A stretch of DNA of 64,000 nt from Gemmatimonadaceae bacterium (GTDB taxonomy: Bacteria > Gemmatimonadota > Gemmatimonadetes > Gemmatimonadales > Gemmatimonadaceae): positions 36,897 to 100,896 of the forward strand of contig JBBDYC010000011.1 of the NCBI GenBank assembly GCA_040901985.1. The letters are read 5' to 3'. Positions 1 to 9,612 of the stretch are shown one piece after another. Under the pieces are notes generated by a model that was not told the origin of the DNA, searched no databases, and worked only from the letters and a program-made list of their open reading frames with translations. A program made the position numbers and the translations under genes. How positions within the stretch are numbered: position 1 is the stretch's first letter; each line of letters starts with the position of its first letter.

Positions 1-1224
1 GTCCACCCAGTCATCCACCACCACGAGCACCTTCGCAAGGCTCATCAGGCCGGCGCCCCAGAGCGCATTCATCACCTTGTACGCCTGGCCCGGATACTGC
101 TTCTTGATCGAGACGAAGACGAGGTTGTGAAAGATCCCCTCGGCGGGCATGTGGTAGTCCACGATCTCCGGCGTCGTCAGCTTCAGCAGCGGGAGGAAGA
201 TCCGCTCGGTGGCGTGGCCAAGATAGTAGTCCTCCATCGGCGGCCGGCCGACGATCGTGGCGCAGTACACCGGACGCTTGCGCATCGTCACCGCCGTCAC
301 GTGCACGCGCGGGTACAGGTCGGCCTCCGAGTAGTAGCCGGTGTGGTCACCGAACGGTCCCTCCACGACAAGTTCCTCCCGGGGGTCGATGTAGCCCTCG
401 ATCACGAACTCGGCGTCGGCCGGCACCTCGAGGTCGCAGGTGACCGCCTTGGCCAGTTTCACCGGCGCCTTGCGGAGGAACCCGGCGAAGATGAACTCAT
501 CCACGTTCGGCGGGAGCGGCGCGCTCGCCGAATACATTGACGCCGGGTCGGCCCCGACGACGATGCAGACCGGCATCCGCTCGCCCCGCTCGGCCATCTC
601 GCGCCAATGCGCCGCCCCCGTCTTGTGGCGCTGCCAGTGCATCACCACGTCGCGCTTGCCGAGCTGCTGCACGCGGTACATCCCGACGTTGCGAATCCCA
701 CGCGTCGGGTCCTTCGAGACCACCGCCGTCATCGTGAGGAACGGCCCGCCGTCCTCGGGCCAGGTCGTGAGCACGGGGAGCCGGTCGAGGTCAATGTCAT
801 CGCCCTGCCAGACGACCTCCTGGCAGGCCGGCGTCCCCGAGGCCATTCGCGGCGGGAACTTCGCGATCTCGAGGAGCCGCGGCAGCAACTGGAGCTTGCC
901 GAGGAATCCCTCCGGCACCTTGAGGTCCATCAGCTTGGTGATCCGCTCGCCGTGCTCGTCGAGCCGCTCCACGCCGACGGCCATCGCCATCCGCGAGAGC
1001 GAGCCGAAGAGGTTGATTGCCACCGGGAACTGCGAGACCGCTCCGTCCCGCAGCAGCGGCTGCTCGAAGAGGAGCGCCGGGCCGCCGCCGGGCATCTTCA
1101 TCACGCGATCGGCGATCTCGCACATCTCGAGGTCCACCTTCACCGGCTGCGCGACGCGGCGGAGCTCGCCCGCGGCGTCAATCGCGTCAATGAACTCCTG
1201 CAGGGTGTCGAGTGTCCTCGTCAC
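1..1224 (-). CDS. ubiD: UbiD-family (menaquinone biosynthesis) decarboxylase, 3' end runs off the window
   Basis: Absent from the ORF track because no stop lies in the window. Manual translation from GTG 1224 gives MTRTLDTLQEFIDAIDAAGELRRV...NVGMYR...EGPFGDHTGYY...GRPPMED, typical UbiD motifs. GTGA overlap with the ubiE stop. Confidence 0.93.
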   Translation of the reverse strand, partial: MTRTLDTLQEFIDAIDAAGELRRVAQPVKVDLEMCEIADRVMKMPGGGPALLFEQPLLRDGAVSQFPVAINLFGSLSRMAMAVGVERLDEHGERITKLMDLKVPEGFLGKLQLLPRLLEIAKFPPRMASGTPACQEVVWQGDDIDLDRLPVLTTWPEDGGPFLTMTAVVSKDPTRGIRNVGMYRVQQLGKRDVVMHWQRHKTGAAHWREMAERGERMPVCIVVGADPASMYSASAPLPPNVDEFIFAGFLRKAPVKLAKAVTCDLEVPADAEFVIEGYIDPREELVVEGPFGDHTGYYSEADLYPRVHVTAVTMRKRPVYCATIVGRPPMEDYYLGHATERIFLPLLKLTTPEIVDYHMPAEGIFHNLVFVSIKKQYPGQAYKVMNALWGAGLMSLAKVLVVVDDWVD

Positions 1225-1976
1225 TTGGTGCCCACGTGCACGGCGGCGATCCCCAGGGTGAGCGTGTCGAAGTGCACGTCGCGGAATCCGGCGCCGGTCA
1301 TCGCCGCCGCGAGCGCCGCGGTCTCCGGGAAGTTCGCCACCGAGCGAGGCAGGTAGGTGTAGGCAGTGCGGTGGCCGCTGACCAGCCGGCCGATCAGCGG
1401 CAGGATGCGATGGAAGTAGAACAGATAGGCCGCCCGGACGAGCGGGACGCGCGGGGTGGAGAACTCGAGGATCACGAAGCGCGCGCCCGGCTTGAGTGTG
1501 CGCCGCACCTCGCGCAGGGCGGCGTTGAGGTCGGCGACGTTGCGGATTCCGAACGCCACGATGGCGCCGGCGAATGCGTCGTCGCGCACCGGCAGCGCCA
1601 ACGCGTCGGCGACGACCGGCACCAGCACGTCGGCCGGCGCCTTGCCGGCGCCCGCGCGCAGCATCGGCTCGGCGAAGTCGGCGCCGAGGATCCGTCCGCG
1701 AAAGCCCGGGCGCCGGCTCAGCGCGGCGCCGACGTCGAGCGTCCCCGCGCAAAGGTCGAGGTAGGCCCCGTCGGGCGACGCCGTCCACGCCAGGTGCTCA
1801 AGCGCCACCCGGCGCCACCGCCGGTCAATCCCGAGCGAGAGCAATCGGTTGAGCAAGTCGTAGCGCGGGGCGATCTCCGAGAAGATCCGCTGCACGTACG
1901 TGCGCTTCCCCGCCACCGACGCCCCCGCCGCGGCCGCCGCAGCCTCCTGGGCCTCATTCTCGAGCGCGGTCGTCAT
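1221..1976 (-). CDS. ubiE: Ubiquinone/menaquinone methyltransferase UbiE/MenG
   Basis: IAPRYDLLNRLLSLGIDRRWR, LDLCAGT SAM motif, FGIRNV, ILEFS. Confidence 0.93.
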   Translation of the reverse strand: MTTALENEAQEAAAAAAGASVAGKRTYVQRIFSEIAPRYDLLNRLLSLGIDRRWRRVALEHLAWTASPDGAYLDLCAGTLDVGAALSRRPGFRGRILGADFAEPMLRAGAGKAPADVLVPVVADALALPVRDDAFAGAIVAFGIRNVADLNAALREVRRTLKPGARFVILEFSTPRVPLVRAAYLFYFHRILPLIGRLVSGHRTAYTYLPRSVANFPETAALAAAMTGAGFRDVHFDTLTLGIAAVHVGTK

Positions 1977-2029
1977 AGTTCCCGAAAGTTGCCCGCCGTG
2001 TGCGGGGCGGGCAAGTTTCCCGGTTGCGA

Positions 2030-2632
2030 ATGGCGCCCACCCTCGACCTCCCGAATCTCCCCGACGCCGAAGTCGTCGTCCTGGCGCAGCGGGGACGCGA
2101 GCCGGCGTTCCGCGAGCTCATCCGGCGCTACGAGCGCCCGGTCTTTTCGCTCATCTACCGGATGGTCCGCGACAGCACCACCGCCGAGGACCTCTCTCAG
2201 GATGCGTTCATCAAGGTCCTGAACCACCTCGACAAGTACCGGCCGGAGTTCAAGTTCTCGAGTTGGCTCTTCAAGATCGCCAACAACGTCGCGATTGATC
2301 ACCTTCGCCGACGTCAGGTGGCGACCGTCTCGATGGACGGATCCCCGCACGCGACGACCGCCACCGAGATCGCGGCCACCTCGATTGACGTCGCCGACCA
2401 AGGCGAGTCCCCGCTCGACGCGCTCGCCTCGCGCGAGCTTGGTACCGCAATCGAAGAGGCGATCGGCCAGCTCCGCCCCGAATACCGCAACTGCATAATG
2501 CTCCGCCACGTCGAAGGCCGCTCCTACGAGGAGATTGCCGCGACACTCGACCTCCCCTTAGGCACCGTCAAGACCTACATCCATCGGGCGCGACACCAAC
2601 TGCGCGAGGCATTGGAGCACCTGAGGGAATAG
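2030..2632 (+). CDS. ECF RNA polymerase sigma factor (SigW/RpoE-like)
   Basis: Region 2 AEDLSQDAFIK...FSSWLFKIANNVAIDHLRR; region 4 SYEEIAATLDLPLGTVKTYIHRAR. Confidence 0.93.
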   Translation: MAPTLDLPNLPDAEVVVLAQRGREPAFRELIRRYERPVFSLIYRMVRDSTTAEDLSQDAFIKVLNHLDKYRPEFKFSSWLFKIANNVAIDHLRRRQVATVSMDGSPHATTATEIAATSIDVADQGESPLDALASRELGTAIEEAIGQLRPEYRNCIMLRHVEGRSYEEIAATLDLPLGTVKTYIHRARHQLREALEHLRE

Positions 2633-2751
2633 GCGTGAGGTGTAAGGTGTGGTGACTACGCAGGCGGCAACTAGTGTGCAAATGCCTAAGCTGTTGTGTT
2701 GTAAGCAGTTACCTCCAACCTCCCACCTGCCACCTCCCACCTGTAGTGAAG

Positions 2752-2778
2752 TGAAACCCCCGTCCTTCCCCCGCCGTA
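2752..2778 (+). promoter_or_regulatory. Putative ECF (SigW-like) promoter TGAAAC-N17-CGTA
   Basis: TGAAAC 2752-2757 and CGTA 2775-2778, then an AAGGAG RBS and ATG 2799. Resembles the B. subtilis SigW consensus TGAAAC-N16-CGTA. Confidence 0.55.
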
Positions 2779-2798
2779 AAGACCGCAAGGAGAATCCA

Positions 2799-3374
2799 AT
2801 GCAGCACCGGCACCTGCTTCCCCAAGAGATTGACCTGCTCGTTGACGGCGACGTCGGCTTCGGCGTGGCGCCGTTGCGGGCCCACGTGGACGAGTGCGCC
2901 GAGTGTCGCGACCGCGTGGCGTCGCTCGGCAGCGTCGCCCTCGCGCTCGACGCCCTGCCGCACTTCGCGCCCCGCCGCGACTTCAGCGACCAGGTGATGC
3001 AGCAGGTGCAGGTGATTGAACCGTGGCACGTGGCCTTCGCCGAGGGCGCGCGCCGGCTCATCCCGACGAGCGCGCCGATCCGCGCCTTGGCGGCCGTCGG
3101 TGCCGGCGCCGCGGCGCTGGCCATCTCGGGGAGCGCGGCCTGGCTCGCGTTCCGCGTTGACCTCGCGGCGTGGACCTACAACGTCGTGCTCGACCGCAGC
3201 CGCGAGGGCCTGATGGCCGGCGCAGGCGCACTCGTCCGCGCCGCCTTTGCCGACGTCCCGGGCGCCAGTCTCACCACCATCGCCGTGGGCACGGCGGTGC
3301 TCGCCCTGACGGCGCTCGGCGCGCTCGCCGGCTTCCGACGACTCGCTGCGGCCGCCCGCGCCAGCCGGAACTGA
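2799..3374 (+). CDS. Zinc-finger (HxxxCxxC) membrane anti-sigma factor
   Basis: AHVDECAECR ZAS motif, C-terminal hydrophobic helices, AAGGAG RBS, follows the ECF sigma. Confidence 0.85.
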   Translation: MQHRHLLPQEIDLLVDGDVGFGVAPLRAHVDECAECRDRVASLGSVALALDALPHFAPRRDFSDQVMQQVQVIEPWHVAFAEGARRLIPTSAPIRALAAVGAGAAALAISGSAAWLAFRVDLAAWTYNVVLDRSREGLMAGAGALVRAAFADVPGASLTTIAVGTAVLALTALGALAGFRRLAAAARASRN

Positions 3375-3378
3375 CCCG

Positions 3379-4464
3379 ATGCAGTCCCTGATGCGGACCC
3401 TTGCCGCGACGATCCTGCTCGTCGCGGCCACGCGCGGGTCGGAGGCGCAGGTGAGTAGTGCCGCCCTCCCCGCCGATAGTGTACAGACCGCCCTGCGAGC
3501 GCTGTCGTTGACGCCGGAGGGCGTCGAGGTCAACGGGCGGTACGTGCGCGGCGACGCCATCGTGGAGGCCGGCGACACCGTGCGCGGCCCCCTGGTGACC
3601 CTGAATGGCGACGCCGACATCCGCGGCGTCGTCGCCGGAAACGTCTACGCGATCTTCGGCGACGTGACCGTGCGCGATGGCGCCGAGGTCCTCGGCGGCG
3701 TCTCCGCCTGGCGCGGCCGGGTGCTCGTCGAAGGCGGCCGCGTGCGCGGCGCGATGCACGCGCGCCCGATTGCCGCCGCCGCGCGGCCCACCGCCGCGCC
3801 GATCTCGACGGCGCGCGCCATCCAACTCAGCGCCGGCTGGACCGCAATGCTGATCATCGTCGGTCTCGTGGTCCTCGTCCTCGCCAGTCGGAATCTCGAG
3901 GCCACGGCGCAGGTGCTCGAGCGCGACTTTGGCCGCGCCTTCCTGGCCGGCGTCGTCGGCCAGATTGGCTTCCTGCCGCTACTCCTCCTCGGCGTCGTCG
4001 CGCTCGCCGTGACGCTGGTCGGCATCCTCCTGATTCCATTCGTGCTTGTTGTCGCGCCGGTGGCACTGGCCGGACTCGTCACGCTCGGCTTTCTCTCGCT
4101 CGCGCTCCTCTGCGGCCGCGCGCTGCGGCGCGGGGTCGCCGACCCCACGTCACGCGCGGCGATGCTTGGCGCGCTCGTGCCGGGGATCGTCCTCCTGATG
4201 GCCCCGTGGCTCCTCGCGAGCGCGGTATACGGCACGGGGACCGTCGCGGTGCTCGCGCGGGCGGCCGCGCTCGGGATCACCTGGGTCGCAGCGACCGCCG
4301 GCCTGGGCGGGGCGCTCCTCTCCCGCGCCGGCACCGGGCGGGCTGCCAGCGCCAAGGGGGGTGGCGGGCCGCCGCCCCAGGGGGGGCAGACGCCGACGCC
4401 GGGGGCCGGCGGGGCGACCGCGCGCCGTCCCGTGCCGGCCCGGCCCGGCGCACCCAGCGCCTAG
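3379..4464 (+). CDS. Membrane protein with N-terminal bactofilin-like/polymer-forming beta-helix
   Basis: Signal peptide, V-x-G-D-x repeats (VRGDAIV, LNGDADIRGVVAGNV), about 5 TM helices. Confidence 0.7.
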   Translation: MQSLMRTLAATILLVAATRGSEAQVSSAALPADSVQTALRALSLTPEGVEVNGRYVRGDAIVEAGDTVRGPLVTLNGDADIRGVVAGNVYAIFGDVTVRDGAEVLGGVSAWRGRVLVEGGRVRGAMHARPIAAAARPTAAPISTARAIQLSAGWTAMLIIVGLVVLVLASRNLEATAQVLERDFGRAFLAGVVGQIGFLPLLLLGVVALAVTLVGILLIPFVLVVAPVALAGLVTLGFLSLALLCGRALRRGVADPTSRAAMLGALVPGIVLLMAPWLLASAVYGTGTVAVLARAAALGITWVAATAGLGGALLSRAGTGRAASAKGGGGPPPQGGQTPTPGAGGATARRPVPARPGAPSA

Positions 4465-5153
4465 ACGTACCGGACGTCGCGGCCGGTGCGGTCCGCCGGC
4501 GTCGCCACCGCGTCGTTCAACCACTCGATCACCGCCGCCCAGCCGAGTGACTCGGGGTCGTGGCGCAGGTAGCCCTCGACCACCGCCAACACGTGGAAGC
4601 CGTGCCGGAGCTGGAACGAGAGCGTGGCGTCGCGAATCGAGCCGCGCACGACCCGCAACGTGTACTCCTCGGCGGTCATTTTCCTCGCGTATCGGTGGTA
4701 GCCGCGCAGCCGGGCTCCGGCGCGGATGCGGAGGAGGCCCAGCCGTTCCGCGAGGGCACGCCGCACGGCGTAGAGCTTGCTGCCGATCCCCGTTCCGCGG
4801 ATTGCCGGGTCCACCATCACCTCGGCGCCGTACAGCGTGCGGCCGAGCACGGGGTTGTGGTTGGTGAACATTCCGCTGGCGGTGAAATCGCGCCACGCGG
4901 AATCCATCGCGTAGTCGTCCCAGTAGACGATGAGACTCGCCGCGTAGCCGGAGATGCTCCCGTCGCGCTCGACGGCCACCAGTTGGCCCTCCGGAAACAC
5001 CTCCAGGTGGGACGCCAACTGGTTGGTGGACCAGGGAACGCTCTCTGGGTAGGTGCGACGGCAGAGGGCGATGATGCCCGGGAAGTCGTCGGTGACCACC
5101 GGGCGGACGCGCGTGTGGCGCCGCGGCCGCTGCGGTTTGACCGACGACGTCAC
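4461..5153 (-). CDS. GNAT N-acetyltransferase (YhcX N-terminal-like)
   Basis: VFPEGQLVA, TLYGAEVMVDPAIRGTGIG acetyl-CoA motif, LSFQLRHGF. Confidence 0.85.
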   Translation of the reverse strand: MTSSVKPQRPRRHTRVRPVVTDDFPGIIALCRRTYPESVPWSTNQLASHLEVFPEGQLVAVERDGSISGYAASLIVYWDDYAMDSAWRDFTASGMFTNHNPVLGRTLYGAEVMVDPAIRGTGIGSKLYAVRRALAERLGLLRIRAGARLRGYHRYARKMTAEEYTLRVVRGSIRDATLSFQLRHGFHVLAVVEGYLRHDPESLGWAAVIEWLNDAVATPADRTGRDVRYV

Positions 5154-6034
5154 AGCGCCTCCTCGTCCACCTCCGCGACCAGCGCCGCGGTCCGCTCCGA
5201 GTCGTGGAGCGGGAGCACGGTCCCCGTGGTGCGCGCGCGCAGGATGCTGTCCATATTGAGCTCGCCGATGACCATCGCCTCCTGGTTCGGGATCCCCTCG
5301 GCGAGGATGCCGTCGCGCGCGAACGGAAAGTCGGAGGGCGTGAGGATTGCCGCCTGCCCGAAGTTGAGCGAGACCGCAGGGACCATCGGCAGCGACCCGA
5401 CCGTGTGCGCCGTGATCACGTACATCTGGTTCTCGATCGCGCGCGCCTGCGCGCAGTAGCGCACCCGGAGCATCCCCTGGCGGTCATCGGTACAGCTCGG
5501 CACGAGGAGGATCTTGGCGCCGCGGCGTGCCGCCGCCCGGGCAATCTCCGGGAACTGCACGTCGTAGCAGATGGCGATGGCGATCCGGCCGAGCGCGGTG
5601 TCGAACACCTTGAGCCGGTTGCGCGGCTTGACGATCCACTCCTCCGACTCGAAGCGCGTCATATGCAGCTTGGGCTGCACGCGATGCGACCCGTCGGGGC
5701 CGAAGAAGAAACTCTCGTTGAAGATCTCGTCCCCGTCCACCACCGGGATCGTCCCGGCGCAGATATAGCGGCCGTGTTTCTTGGACAGCGCGCCGAAGAG
5801 CTCGACGTAACGCGGGACGAAACTGGCCAGCCGCCGGACCTGCTCGCGGATCGACGCGCGGATGTCGCCGAGCGTGAGGAGCTGGAGCGTGAAGTACTCG
5901 GGAAAGAGCATCAACTGGCACTTGTAGTCGTGGGCGGTCTCGACGAGCCCGGTCACCTGCGCCGCGAACTGGTCGAAGGTCTCGACCGGACGAATGAGGT
6001 ATTGCAGCGTGGCGACGCGGATCCGTTCTTCCAT
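5150..6034 (-). CDS. Carbon-nitrogen hydrolase (nitrilase superfamily)
   Basis: Glu-Lys-Cys triad: FPEY, PKLH, ICYD; ARAIENQ. Confidence 0.92.
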   Translation of the reverse strand: MEERIRVATLQYLIRPVETFDQFAAQVTGLVETAHDYKCQLMLFPEYFTLQLLTLGDIRASIREQVRRLASFVPRYVELFGALSKKHGRYICAGTIPVVDGDEIFNESFFFGPDGSHRVQPKLHMTRFESEEWIVKPRNRLKVFDTALGRIAIAICYDVQFPEIARAAARRGAKILLVPSCTDDRQGMLRVRYCAQARAIENQMYVITAHTVGSLPMVPAVSLNFGQAAILTPSDFPFARDGILAEGIPNQEAMVIGELNMDSILRARTTGTVLPLHDSERTAALVAEVDEEAL

Positions 6035-6053
6035 CCCAGCTCCAGCGTTGGGG

Positions 6054-7193
6054 TCAGGCCGGCGCGTGCACGCCCACCTGCGCGGCGACGGCGAGGGCGA
6101 TCTCGGTCAGCTTGCGGGCGGCGGTGGACGTCGGGTCCGAGACGACGATCGGCGCCCCGCGGTCGCCGCCCTCCAGCACCGGCGGGTAGAGCGGGACCTC
6201 GCCGAGCAACGCCACCTTGAGCTCGTCGGCGAGTCGGCGGCCGCCCCCGGTGCCGAAGATCGCCATCGGCTTGCCCGTCTCCGGCGACTCGAAGTACGAC
6301 ATATTCTCGACCACGCCGAGCACCGGCACGCCGACGCGCTCGAACATCTTGGCGCCGCGCAGCGCATCGCCCACCGCCACCTCCTGCGGCGTCGTCACGA
6401 TCACCGCGCCCGACACGTTGGTCGCCTGGACCAGCGAGAGCTGCGCGTCGCCGGTGCCGGGTGGCATATCCACCAGCAGGAAGTCGAGGCCGCCCCATTC
6501 GACGTCACGGAGGAACTGCGTGATGATCTTCATCACGATTGGCCCGCGCCAGATCGCCGGCTGGTCGCGCTCGATGAGGAAGCCGAGCGAGATGACCTTC
6601 ACCCCGTGCGCGACGAGGGGCTGGATCTTGTCGTTCTTGATCGGTGGGGCGTCGTCCACGCCCATCATTCGCGGGATGTTCGGTCCGTAGATGTCGGCGT
6701 CCATCAGGCCGATCTTATAGCCAGCCATCGCGAGGGCGATCGCGATGTTGGTGGTCACGGTGGACTTGCCGACGCCCCCCTTCCCCGACGAGACGGCGAT
6801 GATGCGGCCGAGTCCGGGGTAGGTGACCGGCGCCGGGACGCCCCTTGGGGCGCCGGCCGCGCCACGGGCCTTTGCCGGCGCGGCGTCACCCAGCACCGGC
6901 AGCGTCCGCGAGCGGGGCTTGGGCGCCGGCGTCGCCGGCGCCCCCGCCTCCGCGGCGTCCTTCACATCCACCCGGACGTCGGTGACACCCTCGACCGCCT
7001 CGAGCGCCTGCCGGACCTGACGCGCGAGCATCGGGTCGTCCTGGGCGCCAAGGAGCAGCGTCACGCGCACCTTGCCGTCGCGCGTCGCGGCGATGTCGCG
7101 TACCTGTTGGGTCTGGTACACCGAGGCGCCGGTCCGCGGGTTGGCGATTGGCGCGAGCGCCTCGGCGAGGCGCGCCTGGAGCGGTTCGGTCAT
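6054..7193 (-). CDS. mrp: Mrp/NBP35 (ApbC) Fe-S carrier ATPase
   Basis: SGKGGVGKST, DADIYGP, WRGP, DMPPGTGD, GVVENMS. Confidence 0.93.
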   Translation of the reverse strand: MTEPLQARLAEALAPIANPRTGASVYQTQQVRDIAATRDGKVRVTLLLGAQDDPMLARQVRQALEAVEGVTDVRVDVKDAAEAGAPATPAPKPRSRTLPVLGDAAPAKARGAAGAPRGVPAPVTYPGLGRIIAVSSGKGGVGKSTVTTNIAIALAMAGYKIGLMDADIYGPNIPRMMGVDDAPPIKNDKIQPLVAHGVKVISLGFLIERDQPAIWRGPIVMKIITQFLRDVEWGGLDFLLVDMPPGTGDAQLSLVQATNVSGAVIVTTPQEVAVGDALRGAKMFERVGVPVLGVVENMSYFESPETGKPMAIFGTGGGRRLADELKVALLGEVPLYPPVLEGGDRGAPIVVSDPTSTAARKLTEIALAVAAQVGVHAPA

Positions 7194-7274
7194 CGGCGGG
7201 GCGAAATGGGCAAGGGTCCATCGTTCGGCATCCCGAACGATAGACCCTTGCCGGCCCCGCTCAAAGCCCAGCGG

Positions 7275-8408
7275 TCAATACGATGGGTAGCTGTTCGCCC
7301 AGGAGTTCTGGTAGACGCGGAGCGAGCCCAGCGCCTGCATCGCGCTGTTCACCCGGCAAGAGTTATAGAGGTACTTCTTGGTGCCGTTCAGGTCGTTCAC
7401 GTCGTTGTCGTCCACGGAGTACCCAAGCTTCACGTTGAGCCCGGTAATGGTGGCGCCCTGCACCTCGTTGGTGCCATTCGACGTCAGGCGCCCGCCGACG
7501 AGGATGATGCCGTTCCAACCCGCCGTATTACCGTTGAGCCGCAGGTCGCCGAAGACAATCAGCATTCCGCGCCCGAACACGTTCAAGGTGAACTGCGAGG
7601 TCGGATCCGGACCGTTCCGCACGATGATGGTCGGATACTGCGTGGGGTTGTCGTTGAACCAGTCCTGACTGGGGAATCCGGTGCCGTCGGCTGCGACGTC
7701 GAAGTCCGGCGTGATCGCGTTGTGGTTGACGATCGCGTCCCAGTCGAAGGGGACCTCGTCGGCGGCCTCTTCGGCCGTTGTCCCGATTGTATCGACCTTC
7801 GGATCGCCTTCCAGCGGCGTCGTGCTGCCGGTGAACCCGGGGTCCGCCGGAACCGCGACTGCCGGCAGCGTCGTCCCCGTCCCGCCGCTGCCGACCGGGC
7901 ACTGGTCCACGCCGCTGATGATGCCGGAGTTGCCGGCCTTGTTGATGCCGTTGATCCCGGTCATCGACGACTGAACCGTGAAGGCCATATTCTGGAACGC
8001 GGCAAACGCCGAGACCATCGCAACGGAGTTGGCACCGCCGGCCGTTCCCGTGCGTTGATTGACGCCGCGGGCGCGGACCACGTAGAGCGCCGGCACCGTC
8101 GTCCCCACTGCCGCCCGGAGCTGCGTGGTCACGATATCGGTGTAGCCGCCCGAGAGGTTCACCCTGACCGACTCCGTGCCGGCCGGCGGCACGGCCGCGA
8201 GGCCCAGCCCGGCGCGGTTCCTGAGGCCCTGCTGGAGTCCCGTCTCGGCGAACGCCGTCGCCGTCTCGCCCTGCAGCGTGGCGTCGTCGGCCGCGCGTTC
8301 GCCGCTCAGCATCGCGAACCCCGATGCGAGCGCGCCGACGAGGATGAACATCACGAGGATGACCATCGGGATGGCAAAGCCGGAACGATTTTTCGGATAC
8401 GTGCGCAT
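7275..8408 (-). CDS. PilX-like type IV pilus minor pilin
   Basis: RSGFAIPMVILV prepilin-like start lacking Glu5, AETGL motif, large Gly/Asn-rich C-terminal domain. Confidence 0.7.
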   Translation of the reverse strand: MRTYPKNRSGFAIPMVILVMFILVGALASGFAMLSGERAADDATLQGETATAFAETGLQQGLRNRAGLGLAAVPPAGTESVRVNLSGGYTDIVTTQLRAAVGTTVPALYVVRARGVNQRTGTAGGANSVAMVSAFAAFQNMAFTVQSSMTGINGINKAGNSGIISGVDQCPVGSGGTGTTLPAVAVPADPGFTGSTTPLEGDPKVDTIGTTAEEAADEVPFDWDAIVNHNAITPDFDVAADGTGFPSQDWFNDNPTQYPTIIVRNGPDPTSQFTLNVFGRGMLIVFGDLRLNGNTAGWNGIILVGGRLTSNGTNEVQGATITGLNVKLGYSVDDNDVNDLNGTKKYLYNSCRVNSAMQALGSLRVYQNSWANSYPSY

Positions 8409-8410
8409 GG

Positions 8411-9229
8411 TTAGTTCACCGCGTTGCGGAAGAAAATCGAGACCCGCGACTCCGAGGACTCCGGAGTGCCGGTCCCAGGGGACATTCGTTCGCTCTCACT
8501 GGTCAGCACGAGCTCGAGGCCGGACATCGTACCGAGAGTCCCCGGCACGGCATCCTGGGCCGTGACGCCGCCGGAGACGTAGAATCGGAAGAACGATCCG
8601 TCGTCGAACGGCACCGCGATCTCCTCGGCCGCACCTCCGGTGACCGTTCGCCAGAGCGCCGTGCGCCCGGGGACGAGCGTGGAGGTGGCAAGGGAATACG
8701 TGACCGTCTGGTAGAGCAGCACCGGAGCGCCAGCGGCCAGGGTGCCAAACGCCGGGCTCAGGAGCAGCGTCTGCCCCCCGGTCACCGGCGTGATCCCCGC
8801 CGAGGTCGTGCAGTTCGTCACGGTCCCCGCCGCCGGCGCGGTTGACGACGCCACCCAGACGTAGACGGCGTTGAGCGACGTGTCGCGATACGCGTAGCCG
8901 GCGTTCACGGCGGTCGCCCAGATCAGCGAATCCACGGCCATGAAGGTCACCGTGCTGGACGTGCAGTAGACCCCCATCGCGTAGGGCACACGGACGGTAA
9001 TGGACGTCGGGGTCGCGGCGGTGATGCCATTCGGCTCGATCATCCGCATCTCGTTCCGCATCAGGTTCAGCGCGTTGCGCGTCACCGCGCGCGCATCGCG
9101 CGCCCCGGTCGCCCGCCCGAAGAAGCGCATCTGGGACTGGAGCAACCGCGTGATCCCGGCGCCGATGATGCCGAGGAGCACGACGGCGATCAGGATCTCG
9201 ACCAGGCTGAACCCGCGTCGGCGCCTCAT
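8411..9229 (-). CDS. Prepilin, PilW-like minor pilin
   Basis: MRRRRG|FSLVEILIA class III signal; ATGA overlap with the upstream gene. Confidence 0.85.
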   Translation of the reverse strand: MRRRRGFSLVEILIAVVLLGIIGAGITRLLQSQMRFFGRATGARDARAVTRNALNLMRNEMRMIEPNGITAATPTSITVRVPYAMGVYCTSSTVTFMAVDSLIWATAVNAGYAYRDTSLNAVYVWVASSTAPAAGTVTNCTTSAGITPVTGGQTLLLSPAFGTLAAGAPVLLYQTVTYSLATSTLVPGRTALWRTVTGGAAEEIAVPFDDGSFFRFYVSGGVTAQDAVPGTLGTMSGLELVLTSESERMSPGTGTPESSESRVSIFFRNAVN

Positions 9230-9612
9230 GAGAACAACGCCCCGGCAGGGGGCTGCGCGCGGTCCACCGTCACCGTGTCGGGACGCAGGGCCGCATTGGC
9301 GGGCACGATGATGATCTGCACGCGCGTAATCGTCCCCGTCGGCGTGGTCAGGGTCACGCACCGGTCGTGCACGTAGTCCGATTGGTCATCGATCGTCTCG
9401 CACCCCGTGTTCGCCCCCAAACTTGTGTACGGCATCGTGCTGAAGAGGTCCACTGCGGTCGAGATGGCGGCGGCCCGGTTCACGCCGACCGCGGCGACGC
9501 GGTTCCGCAGGGCGTAGCGCATCGTGACCAGCGTGTGCGCGGTCACCATGACCCCGAGCAGGGTCACCGCGACCATCACTTCGATGAGTGAGACACCGCG
9601 ACGAGCTCTCAT
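9226..9612 (-). CDS. Prepilin, PilV-like minor pilin
   Basis: MRARRG|VSLIEVMVAV; ATGA overlap with the upstream gene. Confidence 0.85.
   Translation of the reverse strand: MRARRGVSLIEVMVAVTLLGVMVTAHTLVTMRYALRNRVAAVGVNRAAAISTAVDLFSTMPYTSLGANTGCETIDDQSDYVHDRCVTLTTPTGTITRVQIIIVPANAALRPDTVTVDRAQPPAGALFS

Noticed and set aside
4350..4430. G-rich low-complexity tail as a G-quadruplex or phase-variable tract
   Set aside because: The frame is intact, and the pattern looks like T-to-G base-calling noise in GC-rich sequence. It cannot be supported without reads.
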